Assembly (NCBI GenBank): GCA_963803655.1
Contig: CAWDNR010000006.1
Coordinates: forward strand, 10,222 to 74,221
DNA length: 64,000 nt
From: Terriglobia bacterium
GTDB taxonomy: Bacteria > Acidobacteriota > Terriglobia > Terriglobales > Acidobacteriaceae
Direction of reading: 5' to 3'
Shown here: positions 47,886-58,558 of the stretch, piece after piece
Layout: every line of letters starts with the position of its first letter
Numbering within the stretch: position 1 is the first letter of the stretch
Program-made: the position numbers and the translations under genes
The notes under the pieces: model-generated
The model's database searches: none
Told to the model about the DNA's origin: nothing
Seen by the model: only the letters and a program-made list of their open reading frames with translations

Positions 47886-48896
47886 ATGAGCCGTGAAGTC
47901 CTGATTCTACGCCAGCCTGAGATTCGCGCCCTGCTGGATCCTCGCGCCTGCATCTCGGCCATGGAACAGGCTTTCGCCGCTTATTCGACTGGCTCGGCGC
48001 AACTGCCCGCGGTCATTCAGCTAGACATTCCGGAAAGTAATGTTTGGCAAAAGAGCGCCGAGATCCACGTCAAAGCCGGTTACCTGCATGGCGGTCGTTA
48101 CTACGCGGTCAAGATCGTTTCCGTATTTCCCAGCAATCCCCACCTTGGTCTGCCCGCGAACGACGGCATGGTCGTTATGTTCGAGGCTAAAACCGGCGCT
48201 CCTGCCGCCATCCTCCTCGACTACGGATTCATCACCGACTTCCGCACCGGAGCCGCGGGCGCCGTCGCCGCCAAACATCTTGCGCGCAAAAAAATTGCCG
48301 CAGTCGCGGTGATCGGGACCGGCGGACAAGCACGATACCAGGTGGAAATGTTGGCGCTGGAGAGGAGTTTCAGCGAGGTCCGCATATGGGGACGTGATCC
48401 CCATAAGGCGCAAGCCTGCGCCGACGCTCTGGCAAAAAGCCGCGTTATTCCCGCGTGCAATTTTGTGGTGACGGAATCGGTGCAGGAAGCGGTGGAGGAC
48501 GCCGACATTGTCATCACCGTCACTGCCAGCCGCGAACCGCTGCTGCGGGCTGCATGGTTGAAGCCCGGAGTGACGGTGATTGCGGTTGGTTCCGATGCAC
48601 CCGATAAGCAGGAACTCGATGTGGATGTGCTGGCGCGCGCCCACAAAATTGTGGCCGACAGCCTCGCGCAATGCCTGCGACTGGGCGAAATCCACCACGC
48701 CGTGGAACGCGGAGCAATAACGAAAGAAAAAATCTACGCAGAGTTGGGCGAGATTACGGCAGGGCTCAAGCCCGGGCGCACCTCCGAAGATGAGATCATC
48801 ATCTGCGACCTGACCGGCGTCGGCGTACAGGATGTAGCGGCCGCGTCCTTGGTGTTGGACGGCACTCGTAGCGCCGGCGTCCCGAGGCGGTCCTGA
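47886..48896 (+). CDS. ornithine cyclodeaminase/mu-crystallin family protein (paralog 2)
   Basis: 336 aa. VIGTGGQARYQVEMLA Rossmann motif and OCD layout. Confidence 0.8.
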   Translation: MSREVLILRQPEIRALLDPRACISAMEQAFAAYSTGSAQLPAVIQLDIPESNVWQKSAEIHVKAGYLHGGRYYAVKIVSVFPSNPHLGLPANDGMVVMFEAKTGAPAAILLDYGFITDFRTGAAGAVAAKHLARKKIAAVAVIGTGGQARYQVEMLALERSFSEVRIWGRDPHKAQACADALAKSRVIPACNFVVTESVQEAVEDADIVITVTASREPLLRAAWLKPGVTVIAVGSDAPDKQELDVDVLARAHKIVADSLAQCLRLGEIHHAVERGAITKEKIYAELGEITAGLKPGRTSEDEIIICDLTGVGVQDVAAASLVLDGTRSAGVPRRS

Positions 48897-48929
48897 GGAC
48901 GGTCCCACCCTCAGCGCGAGAGCAATAAA

Positions 48930-50131
48930 CTAGGCAGCGCCGCGACGCACAGCCTCGGCCCCCACTGCCTTCGGGCGTCCGCTCTTCTTCTTCAATTCTT
49001 CCAATGTAAGATCGATGCGAGCCAAACCGCGCAGGGTGTACTCGACATCGTATCCGAAGCCCACGCGGATATAACGTCCCACTCCGAAGTGGTCTCCCGG
49101 CGTAATCAGCACCGATTGTTCCTTGCGCAGGCGGTCAAATAGCGCGGCGGAAGTAATCGGCAGCTTGTACCGAAAAAAAGTGATTGCGCCCGCGACCGGC
49201 GGGATGTAGCTGAAGATGTCATCGTGAGAATGAATCCACGATCCAGCCGCGGCAGGTTGCGGCGGACAATCGCGCGCGTCCGATCCAGCACTTGCTCGCG
49301 CCGGACTGGTTCCATCACAATCCGCGCCAAACGATCAGACAACATGGTGGGAGTCAGTGTGGTGTAGTCATGGTAGGAACAAAGTCTGGCGATGATCTTG
49401 GGTGGGGCGATGATCCATCCCAGCCGCAGCCCGGGCAGTCCGAAAGCTTTGGAGAGTCCGGAGGTAATCAGCAACTTGTCGTAGCTTCCCCAGAACGATG
49501 GGGTGAGCGGGCCGCTCACTTCCGCACCGCGATAAATTTCATCGACCAGCAGCCAGGCGCCGGCTTTACGCGCAACCCGTACAACTTCATCCATTTCCCG
49601 CTGGTTCAGGACTGCGCCGGTAGGATTGTTGGGATTCGTCACCACAATGAGGCGCGTCTTCTTGCCCACCGCCCGATGGAGACTTTCAATGTCCAGCGCC
49701 CAGCGTGCCTTGCCGTTCTCCACGCCCTCCACCAGATGAAAGCCGTGCGTCTTGGCTGCGAAGGCGCGAGACAGTCCCCAGGTCTGAAGATAGTTCGGCA
49801 GCATCACGGCTCCGTGATCACCCTTTTCCAGCAATCCCCAGAGCGCAGTGAAGTTGGCCTCGGAACCGCCGTTTGTGACCAGCACGTGGTCGCTGGTCGT
49901 GTTGTACCATGCGGCGATGTGCTCGCGAAGTTCTTCGGACCCGTCCGACTCGGGATATTTCAAGCCGAGAGCAAGAACGTCAGCCGAGGCTTTAGAAGTC
50001 TGCAAGACCTCCTCGACCCGCAGGGGAAGCACGCCACTCTCTGACAGATTGAATTCGACTTGGTTCTCATATAAGCACTGCGTTCGTTCCATCCGGAACA
50101 AATCGATGCGCACGATACCTCCAGTCGGCAA
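48930..50131 (-). pseudogene. class I/II PLP-dependent aminotransferase, one frameshift near 49245
   Basis: SGLSKAFGLPGLRLGW PLP-lysine motif in 49106..50131. The conserved C-terminus (WIHSHDDIFSYIPPVAGAITFFRY...VLITPGDHFGVGRYIRVGFG) continues in the frame of 48930..49112. Confidence 0.7.
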
Positions 50132-50305
50132 CGCAATCCGAAGGCGCCCAATCTAGCAGAGAACAGAGCAAGGAAGGAAGAGGGATCGTAAGTCTTTGCG
50201 TCCGTTGCGGTTCAAGATTTTGTGCAACTCGCGGCGAGATCAACCCCTGACCGCAAAGAACGCAGAACACCGGAAAGTTCGCAAAGGAACCCACCACGAG
50301 CTTAC

Positions 50306-51085
50306 CTACTGAGCCCGCTGTTGCGCCACACCCAAGATCTGCTTTTGGCCGGGCTGCTGGATGAAGGCGATGACCCGGAGATTGGCTGGATCGGTCTTGG
50401 AGTCGAGCTTGACGCGAACGTCCTGCGAGAAATTTTTGCCGGCTTCGATGCTGCCCACTCTCGTGAGACTCTGCACTACGCCCACATGGGTCAGGCGGCG
50501 GCCGTTGTTTTCACCGCGCAACACCTGCGACTCAGCATGATTCAATGCCACGACGATATAGACTTCAGCTTTGCGAATCTTGGAAGTATCAGGCAAAGCG
50601 TCGGTGTCGATGTGTGCCTGCAGCGTCTTCGAGGCGTCGAGCGAGATCCCGGAAATGCGGACCGCAACCTTCGTCAGCGCCAGAGCCTTCTGGACCGCTT
50701 GGTTCGCCAGGTGCGAATCGCTGCCCACAAATTCGGTGTTGCCATCCACAACCATCTGTGGCGTGTAAACGCTTTTCAGTCCGAAACGGTCGGAGTAAGC
50801 ACTCTGGCGATCGCTGAAGAGGCGGGAAGAGTAGGGATCGGTCCAGCCGATGTGGTTCCAGTAGTCCACGTGTTCGCTGAGCACGATCAACTGCGCTCCA
50901 CCCACGGGCTGTGTGTGATCGAGTTGCTGCAGCAACGCGTCCGCCGGAGGGCAACTGGAGCAGCCTTCGGAGGTAAACAGCTCGACCAGAACCGGAGCAG
51001 GAGCGTCGCCACGTGGCGTATCGGAGGTGAACAGGAACAATGAGGCAAAAACAGCGACTAAAAACAGAGCCGAAATCTTGACCAT
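50306..51085 (-). CDS. DUF1223 domain protein, exported
   Basis: VLVELFTSEGCSSCPPAD...SEHVDYWNHIGWTDPY...YTPQMVVDG. The signal peptide starts at MVKISALFLVAVF. Confidence 0.7.
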   Translation of the reverse strand: MVKISALFLVAVFASLFLFTSDTPRGDAPAPVLVELFTSEGCSSCPPADALLQQLDHTQPVGGAQLIVLSEHVDYWNHIGWTDPYSSRLFSDRQSAYSDRFGLKSVYTPQMVVDGNTEFVGSDSHLANQAVQKALALTKVAVRISGISLDASKTLQAHIDTDALPDTSKIRKAEVYIVVALNHAESQVLRGENNGRRLTHVGVVQSLTRVGSIEAGKNFSQDVRVKLDSKTDPANLRVIAFIQQPGQKQILGVAQQRAQ

Positions 51086-51313
51086 CACCCACCATCCTGC
51101 GTTCCGAGAAGTATCGCACGCAGTGCATTGGATGTCCACGAATGGGGAAAAGATACAGAGACCGTAGCGTCATGCTGAGCGAAGCGGTAACAGTTTCGAT
51201 AGCGAATTGCACTCTGGAGTCGAAGAACCCCAGGTTCGCTAATCGCGTGGTCTGTGGCGCCGCATGTCTTGCCTCCGCAGCTTCTCGTTTATAATCAGAA
51301 AATTCTCCTCATC

Positions 51314-53030
51314 ATGCGTGCAAACCTTTCTCTGGGCCTGCTGCTTCCGTTGTGTGCGTCTGCCCAGACGAGCCGCACCGAAATCTCCGCCATCGTCACC
51401 CTCCGTACCTCAATTCAAGGATGTGGCCAAAGAAGCCGGCCTGACCGTTTCCCACATCTCCACTCCGGAAAAGAAATACATCGTCGAGTCCATGAGCGGC
51501 GGCGCCGGTCTGATCGACTGCGATAACGATGGCAAACTGGACATCATCACGGTGAACGGCTCCACGATTGATCGCTATCGTCAGGGCGGCGATCCCATGA
51601 TCACGCTTTACCATCAGGACGCAAATTTCAAATTCACCGATATCACCAGCAGCCGCTGGCCTGACTCGCAAAGGCTGGGGCATGGGCGTGGCCGTCGCCG
51701 ACTTCGATAACGACGGCCTGCCGGACATTTACGTCACCGGCTTCGGCGGGAACGCACTCTATCGCAATCTAGGCAATTGCAAATTTGAAGATGTCACCGA
51801 CAAAGCGGGAGTGGGCGCGGGCGGCTTCAGCACCGGAGCCGCATGGGCCGACTACGATCGCGACGGGTTCGTGGACCTCTACGTTTCGCGCTATGTCCAC
51901 TTCGACATGGACCATCTGCCCACCTTCGGCAGCGACGAGAAGAATTGCCGCTTCAAGGGAATCCTGGTCCAGTGCGGTCCCTGGGGCATGATCGGCGAAT
52001 CGGACCTGCTCTTCCACAATCGCGGCGACGGCACCTTCGAGGAAGTCTCAAAGAAAGCTGGCATGGAAGATGTAAATCGATACTACGGACTGGGAGTGAT
52101 CTGGGGCGACTACGACAACGACGGGTGGCCCGATCTGTACGTCGCCAATGACGCCGGCCCGAATTATCTGTATCACAACAAGCACGACGGAACCTTTGAA
52201 GAAGTGGGCATGCTTTCGGGCGTCGCACTTGGCGGAGATGGCCAGGCACAGGGCTCCATGGGCGTGGACTGGGGCGACTATCTGCACGAGGGCCGGCTGT
52301 CCATGTTCGTAACCAACTTCCACGAGCAGCCCGACACTCTGTACCGCAATCAGGGAAAAGACGGTTTTTCCGACGTAAGTTGGCCGGCAAAAATTGCGCA
52401 ACCCACGTTCCTGAAGGTGGGCTGGGGGACAGCCTTCTTCGATATGGACAACGACGGCTGGCTGGATATTTTCATCGCCAACGGCCACGTGTATCCGCAA
52501 GTGGATTCGATCCCCGGTGGCATGGCCTACCGCGAACCCATCCAGCTTTTCCGCAATCGTCGCGACGGCACCTTTCAGGATGTCTCCAGCGCGCTGGCCA
52601 GATATTCCACCGGAGAGCCGGCGGGGAGCGGCTTTTGGTGACATCAACAATGACGGAAACGTCGACGTCGTGCTGGTGAATGTGGGAGCGCCGCCCACGC
52701 TGCTGCTTAACCAGGGCGGAAACGGTAATCATCGCGCGTTGTTCAAGCTGGCAGGCGACCAAGAGCAACCGGTCGGCCATTGGAGCGCGGGTTACGGTGA
52801 AAGCAGGCAAGTTGGTGCAGTTCAGCGAAGTCCGCGCCGGAGGCAGCTACATTTCACAAAACGATCCGCGCCTGCACTTTGGCCTGGGCCCAGAAGCCAA
52901 AATGAACGAAGTGGAGATCCGGTGGCCGAGCGGCAAAGTGGAAGTGCTACGCGATGTGCCGGCAGATTTTATCTATACGATCGTCGAAGGTCGGGGGATC
53001 GAAGACAAGACTCGGTTGCCGCCGCCGTAG
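51314..53030 (+). pseudogene. CRTAC1-family protein (FG-GAP/VCBS repeats plus ASPIC/UnbV domain), at least 4 frameshifts
   Basis: Signal peptide MRANLSLGLLLPLCASAQ, repeated DxDNDGxxD motifs (DCDNDGKLD, DFDNDGLPD, DYDNDGWPD, DMDNDGWLD, DINNDGNVD). C-terminal GARVTVKAG..VRAGGSYISQNDPRLHFGLG, spread over 51254, 51264, 51682, 52517 and 52680 frames. Confidence 0.7.
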
Positions 53031-53249
53031 ATTTCATTCCGGTTCCAGCAGTTTTCCCAGCGTCGGTTTGTGCTTGCCGATTTTCTTCTCCCTGCGGTCC
53101 GGCACGACGCGTCCTGCCGGGAGGCGTGCCGATCTGTGCTCTCGCCATGGCCTTTACCTGATCGACCGCGCTGAACTTCTTCGGCTTGCGCTTCTTGTTC
53201 GCCATGGGAAACATCTTGCCATAGCTTGTACGCGGCAAAGCTGCAATAA

Positions 53250-53573
53250 TTGAGTGAGAAGGCGAAGCGTAAACCATCGCCGGAGACTGACCAGATCATG
53301 GAAGAGCGAGATTTCTTCGACGAGCGGACGGAAAAGAAGATGGCAACACTGAACTGCCCGCACTGCCATCAGCCCGCGGAATACGAAGTCACCTGGATCG
53401 TTCGCACCAAGAAGCGGCAGTTACCCGGACGCGGCGACGAACGTGACCGCGCCCGCTTCGCCAAGGCCCGCTCCTACATGCTGCGCAAAGACGACCTCAT
53501 GGGCTGCAAGAACGTGCGCTGTCGCAAGCGTTTCGAAATCTCCGGCGTGCAGTCCGTGGTGTTCACCGAATAG
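53250..53573 (+). CDS. hypothetical zinc-ribbon protein
   Basis: 107 aa. CPHC...C..VRC pairs of cysteines. No family recognised and the start is uncertain. Confidence 0.4.
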   Translation: MSEKAKRKPSPETDQIMEERDFFDERTEKKMATLNCPHCHQPAEYEVTWIVRTKKRQLPGRGDERDRARFAKARSYMLRKDDLMGCKNVRCRKRFEISGVQSVVFTE

Positions 53574-53645
53574 ACCGCATTCCTGTCGCTCCGGCTCATT
53601 TATACTGACCAGTTTGCTGATCTGAAGAAGAGACGGGAGTTCTGC

Positions 53646-54416
53646 ATGAAAATTCTGGTCTGCATGAAACAGGTGCCGCAGAAGGATGCGCCACTCAAAC
53701 TGAACGAGTCCGGTACCTGGATTCGCGAAGACGTATCTTACGAGGTCAATGAGCCCGACGCTTTCGCACTCGAAGAGGCGCTGCGTCAGAAAGAAAAACA
53801 CAGCGGAGAGGTAGTGGTCATCACGGCCGGCCCCGCTCGCGCCCAGCAGGTGTTGCGCGAAGCCTTGGCCAAGGGAGCGGACCGCGCTATCCATCTTGAA
53901 GACCACGCCTTCGTCGGTCTGGACGCGTCGAACACCGCCCGCGCCTTCGCTGCCGCCATCAAAGATGAAAAGTTCGATCTCATTTTCACCGGGCTGCAAT
54001 CCGACGACTACGGCTACGCGCAAACCGGAGTGGTGCTGGCGGAGTTGTTGGGCTGGCCGCACGCCACCATCATCATGCAGATCGAAAAGACCGACGGCGG
54101 CATCCGCGTCAAGCGCGAGCTTGAAGCCGGTTATTTCCAGTTCGTGGATATGTCTCTGCCGGCCCTGCTCACCATCCAGTCCGGCATCAACAAACTTCGC
54201 TATGCCACGCTGATCGGCATCAAGCAGGCGAAAAACAAGCCACTGCGCAAAGTGACGCTGGCGGAAATGCAGTCCGCCATGGGCGCCAACATGCAAAAGA
54301 TCGAACGCCTCTACATTCCCCAGAAAACTAAAAACACCGAATTTCTGGAAGGCCCTTCCGCCGAAGTGGCGAAGAAGCTGGTAGAGAAATTAAGAAACGA
54401 AGTCCGCGTTCTCTAG
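53646..54416 (+). CDS. etfB: electron transfer flavoprotein beta subunit
   Basis: 256 aa. MKILVCMKQVPQKD..., DLIFTGLQSDD, typical EtfB. Confidence 0.9.
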   Translation: MKILVCMKQVPQKDAPLKLNESGTWIREDVSYEVNEPDAFALEEALRQKEKHSGEVVVITAGPARAQQVLREALAKGADRAIHLEDHAFVGLDASNTARAFAAAIKDEKFDLIFTGLQSDDYGYAQTGVVLAELLGWPHATIIMQIEKTDGGIRVKRELEAGYFQFVDMSLPALLTIQSGINKLRYATLIGIKQAKNKPLRKVTLAEMQSAMGANMQKIERLYIPQKTKNTEFLEGPSAEVAKKLVEKLRNEVRVL

Positions 54417-54494
54417 TTGCTGAGAACCGAGAACTGAAATCCGGAAACTGGGTTTTCGATACCCAGCGTCCAAAACGGAAGGCCCGAGGCGTCC

Positions 54495-55490
54495 ATGACT
54501 GATTCGATCTTAGTCATCGTCGAGCAACGTGAAGGAAAGCTGAACCGCGTCTCCTGGGAGACTCTCACTGCCGGCCAGGCTCTGGCGGCCGAAACCGGCT
54601 GGATTCTCGAGGCCGCGGTCGCCGGAAGCGGAGTCACAACCCTCGCCAACGAAGTCGCGGGCAAAAAGGTCGCGAAAGTCTACGCCGTCGAGTCCGCGAA
54701 ACTCGAACCCTATACGCCCGACGCCTTCGCGGCCGCCTTGAAGCAATTCATCGGATCGAAACAGCCCAGGCTCGTGCTCATGCCGCACACTTATCAGGTG
54801 CGCGATTTTGTGCCCAAGCTGGCCACGGCGATGGAGCGCACCGCCATTAGCGATTGCATCGGATATAAAAAAGATGGCGACAAACTGCTCTTCACTCGCC
54901 AGATGTTCCAGGGCAAGCTGGCCGCGGACGTAAGCTTTACCTGCGAGGCTCCGTGGTTCGTGACTTTCCAGAATGGAGCTTTTCGCGCCGACAAAGTTGA
55001 GGCTGGCGCTGCTGCTGCGCCCGTCGAAACCGTCAACGTCAAAATCGACGACGGTGTGGTTCGCAATAAGCCGCAGGAAGTTTTCAAAGAAGCCAAGCAG
55101 GCGGTTGATTTGACGCAAGCCGAAATCATCGTGTCAGTGGGCCGGGGGATCAAAGAACAGAAAAACATCGAACTGGCGAAGCAGCTTGCTGAAGCTCTCG
55201 GTGGCGAGCTCGCAGCTTCGCGCCCGATCTGCGACTCGGGATGGCTGCCCATGGACCGCCAGATCGGATCGTCTGGACAAACGGTTGCGCCCAAGCTCTA
55301 TCTTGCTTTGGGTATCAGCGGCGCAATCCAGCACATCGTCGGCATGAAGGGAGCGCGCACCATCATCGCGATAAATAAAGATTCAGAAGCGCCCATCTTC
55401 GAGATCGCCGACTATGCCGTGGTGGGGAATTTGTTCGACATCGTGCCGCCGCTGATTGAAGAAGTAAAAAAGGCGAGGGCTGGGGGGTAA
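54495..55490 (+). CDS. etfA: electron transfer flavoprotein alpha subunit
   Basis: 331 aa. C-terminal FAD-binding pattern IVSVGRGI..., QIGSSGQTVAPKLYLALGISGAIQH..GM, AINKD..APIF..ADY. Confidence 0.9.
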   Translation: MTDSILVIVEQREGKLNRVSWETLTAGQALAAETGWILEAAVAGSGVTTLANEVAGKKVAKVYAVESAKLEPYTPDAFAAALKQFIGSKQPRLVLMPHTYQVRDFVPKLATAMERTAISDCIGYKKDGDKLLFTRQMFQGKLAADVSFTCEAPWFVTFQNGAFRADKVEAGAAAAPVETVNVKIDDGVVRNKPQEVFKEAKQAVDLTQAEIIVSVGRGIKEQKNIELAKQLAEALGGELAASRPICDSGWLPMDRQIGSSGQTVAPKLYLALGISGAIQHIVGMKGARTIIAINKDSEAPIFEIADYAVVGNLFDIVPPLIEEVKKARAGG

Positions 55491-55496
55491 AATCAG

Positions 55497-55570
55497 CCAC
55501 GGATCAACACGGATTCTCACGGATCGATTCCTAGAGTTGTTTATCCGTGGAAATCCGTGTGAATCCGTGG
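55497..55570. repeat. REP-like long hairpin built from triple CACGGAT / ATCCGTG units
   Basis: CCACGGATCAACACGGATTCTCACGGAT (55497..55524) faces ATCCGTGGAAATCCGTGTGAATCCGTGG (55543..55570) in the etfA / ETF-QO spacer. Confidence 0.6.
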
Positions 55571-55583
55571 CCCCGTTCTTCTT

Positions 55584-57300
55584 ATGTTAGTTTTCCGCGA
55601 GCCGCTCCCTAACATCGAACGTCCCCAGATGCCCGCCGATGTCGTCATCGTGGGTGGCGGCCCAGCGGGCATGGCGTGCGCTTTGCGGCTCTCGCAGCTG
55701 ATTGATCAGCACAATGCGAAGAACCCCGACGCACAACTAAGCAGGGAAAATATTTACGTCCTCGAAAAGGCGCGCGAGATCGGCCAACACTGCCTCTCCG
55801 GCGCACTGCTCGATCCCCGCTCCATGCGCGAACTGCTTCCTGGTTTCGAAAAGGAAGCCCCGCTCGACTCAGAAGTGACGAAAGAGGCGGTCTATTTCCT
55901 TACCGAGAAAGGCAAATTCAAGTTTCCCATCACGCCTCCGCCGCTGCGCGATCATGGCAACTACGTCATCTCGCTTAATCGCTTTGTGAAGTGGCTGGGC
56001 GCCAAGGTAGAAGAAACCGGCATCACGATTTTCACCGGATTCGCCGGCTCGGAGTTGCTTCTGGATGGCGATCGCGTGACTGGCGTCCGCACCGATGACA
56101 AGGGCGTGGACAAGCAGAACCAGCCGAAATCAAATTTCGAGCCCGGCTATGATCTGCAAGCCAAAGTGGTCATACTTGCCGAAGGAACTCGCGGCTCGCT
56201 CACCAAACAGCTCATCGCGCGCTTTGGCTTGGATCACGACTGCAACCCGCAAACCTACGGACAGGGAATCAAGGAACTGTGGGAAGTGCCTGCCGACCGC
56301 ATCGCTTCCGGCGAAGTCGTCTACACCATGGGCTGGCCACTGACCACCCACGAATATGGCGGCGCCTGGATTTACGGCGGCAAAAACAATGTGGTCTCGC
56401 TCGGCTTCGTGGTAGGGCTCGACTATCCTGATCCGCGGCTTGATCCGCAGCGCGTGTTGCAGGAGTTCAAGAAGCATCCCCTCGTCGCCCGGCTTCTCGA
56501 CGGCGGCAAGATGATCCGCTACGGGGCCAAGAGTCTGCCTTATGGCGGTTGGTGGTCGATTCCCCCGGTTGCCGGCAACGGATGGATGATCCTCGGCGAC
56601 TCCGCCGGCTTCCTGAATTCGCAACGCCTGAAAGGGATTCACCTCGCCATCAAGAGCGGCATGCTGGCCGCCGAGACTGCGTTCGAAGCCCTGAAGAAAG
56701 ACGATTTCTCCGCCGCCTCTTTGAGCGATTTTCAGCGCCGAGTGGAGTCGAGCTGGATCAAAGACGAGCTCTGGAAAGTCCGCAACTTTCATCAGGGCTT
56801 CGAGCATGGATTCTGGCGCGGCATGATCAACGCCGGTCTGCAGCAGTTCACCGGCGGCCGCGGTTTGCGCAACCGCTATCCCTCGACCGCGGGATACCAG
56901 CACCTGAAGAAACTCGACGAGCTGCCCGCAGATGGCGGCGACGAAGCCAACCTCATCGGTCCGGTCCGAGGCGACGGCAAGCTGACGTTCGACAAGCTTA
57001 CCGACCTCTACCACTCCGGCACCAAGCACGAAGAGGACCAGCCTGCCCATCTCGTCATTCACGATACTCGAAGTCTGCAACACGCGCTGCATAAAAGAAT
57101 TCGGCAGCCCGTGCCAGAATTTCTGTCCAGCCAATGTCTACGAGATGGTCGACGACGCCACTCAGCCCAACGGAAAGCGCATCAGCCTGAACCCGTCGAA
57201 CTGTGTGCATTGCAAGACCTGCGACATCGCCGATCCGTACCAGATCATCACCTGGGTGCCGCCCGAGGGTGGCGGCGGACCAAATTACGACGGCATGTGA
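55584..57300 (+). pseudogene. electron transfer flavoprotein-ubiquinone oxidoreductase (ETF-QO), single frameshift near 57068
   Basis: DVVIVGGGPAGMACA FAD motif. After HLVIHDT the conserved 4Fe-4S tail ([20 protein letters not shown]...[33 protein letters not shown]) continues in the +1 frame to TGA 57298..57300. Start (TTG 55584 or ATG 55629) is uncertain. Confidence 0.8.
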
Positions 57301-57420
57301 CGGCAAGGTGCAGGTGGGGATAGCCGCCCCGTGCAGTTCCCTGCCCAAGAACTTTCTCGGGTTCCCGAGGCACATTGCGGATTCGTCCAACTGCGATATC
57401 CTTGTCGCCGCGAGGAAAAC

Positions 57421-58200
57421 ATGCACCTGAATTCACGTAGCCTTACTGCGCTGTTCGTATCCCCCTTGCTCCTTGCCGTCTTGGTCTCAGCCCAACAACC
57501 CACCATCCCCTCCACTGGCCATTCCGGCCTCGACCAATACCGGACCTCGCGCATTGCTGTCTTTACCGACGATTTCGGCCAACTCGCGCGCTACCGCGAC
57601 GCCGACGCAGCCCTCAAACCCCCAACGGCCGGCGAGAATCGTGTCGTATTCTTCGGCGATTCGATCACCGACATCTGGAAGCTCGAGGACTACTTCCCCG
57701 GCAAGCCCTACCTTAATCGCGGCATCGGTGGGCAGACCACGCCGCAAATGCTGGTGCGTTTCCGCCAGGATGTAATCGACCTGCATCCCAAGGTGGTTGT
57801 GATCCTAGCTGGCACCAACGACATTGCGGGCAATACCGGTCCCATGCGTCTCGAAGACATTGAAGGCAATTATTCTTCCCTCGCCGAACTGGCGCGGGCC
57901 AATCACGTTGCGGTCGTATTTTCGTCGATTCTGCCCGTGCACAACTACACGCCGAAGTCGCAAGAGTTTTTCGCGGAACGTTCTCCGGAGAAAATCCTGG
58001 CCCTCAACCGTTGGCTCCAGGACTATTGCGCTGCCAAGGCCCTGGTCTATCTGGACTACTTCACTGCCATGGTGGACGACAAAGGCCTGCTGAAACGTGA
58101 TCTGGCGGAAGATGGCCTGCATCCTAACGCGAATGGTTTCAAGGTCATGGCTCCTCTCGCAGAGGCAGCAATTGGCAAGGCGCTAGCGAGCAAACTTTAA
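57421..58200 (+). CDS. SGNH/GDSL-type hydrolase, exported
   Basis: Signal peptide from ATG 57421. Block I VVFFGDSIT, GIGGQTT, ILAGTNDI, and C-terminal DGLHPN. Confidence 0.7.
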   Translation: MHLNSRSLTALFVSPLLLAVLVSAQQPTIPSTGHSGLDQYRTSRIAVFTDDFGQLARYRDADAALKPPTAGENRVVFFGDSITDIWKLEDYFPGKPYLNRGIGGQTTPQMLVRFRQDVIDLHPKVVVILAGTNDIAGNTGPMRLEDIEGNYSSLAELARANHVAVVFSSILPVHNYTPKSQEFFAERSPEKILALNRWLQDYCAAKALVYLDYFTAMVDDKGLLKRDLAEDGLHPNANGFKVMAPLAEAAIGKALASKL

Positions 58201-58359
58201 TCTCACTCATCGGTTCGCTGGGCGCATCTATAATGTGAATGTGAATTGAGTTTCCGACCGCCTCAGCCTTCGGGCATACCCTGGCTGTGGCGGCGAGGGC
58301 TGGTTTCTCTTTGCGTCCCTTGCGCCAAGGATTCCGCAAGGTTCGCAAAAAAAAACCAA

Positions 58360-58460
58360 CCCTGAGGGTACAGATGGAAATGCCTGTGCCTCCCGGCTTC
58401 GCGAGAAGCCATTGGAAAGGAAACAGCCGCCGGGATTTTCCCGCCCGCCTGTCCCTTTCT
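58360..58460 (+). promoter_or_regulatory. candidate molybdenum cofactor (Moco) riboswitch
   Basis: About 100 nt upstream of moaA. GCCUCCCGGC..., AUUGGAAAGG and GCCGCCGGG resemble the conserved Moco-motif blocks as I recall them. An outer helix GGGUACAG / CUGUCCC closes the element. Confidence 0.45.
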
Positions 58461-58558
58461 GCACAGTCCTTGGCCGATAGTCGTTAATCGCTCGGCAAAC
58501 TCGTACGCCTGCCAGCCGGTGACTAACGGCGAACGACCAAAGACTATCGACCAATGAC

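Noticed and set aside
55497-55570. Repeated CACGGAT units as a possible CRISPR array
   Set aside because: There are only three 7-nt units per arm, arranged as one palindrome, with no spacers of CRISPR length and no cas genes. This is a REP-like hairpin. No CRISPR array was seen anywhere in the window.
56130-57134. 334-aa minus-strand ORF, and similar long antisense ORFs at 53421..54296, 54510..55118, 48021..48908, 49292..50044, 50222..51043, 37904..38653, 42669..43445, 23998..24684, 17377..18033 and 52048..52698
   Set aside because: Each is antisense to a gene with clear family motifs (ETF-QO, etfB, etfA, OCD, aminotransferase, DUF1223, sigma factors, porin, kinase, CRTAC1). Composition is biased to R/G/A/P/H, as expected for the reverse frame of GC3-rich genes.
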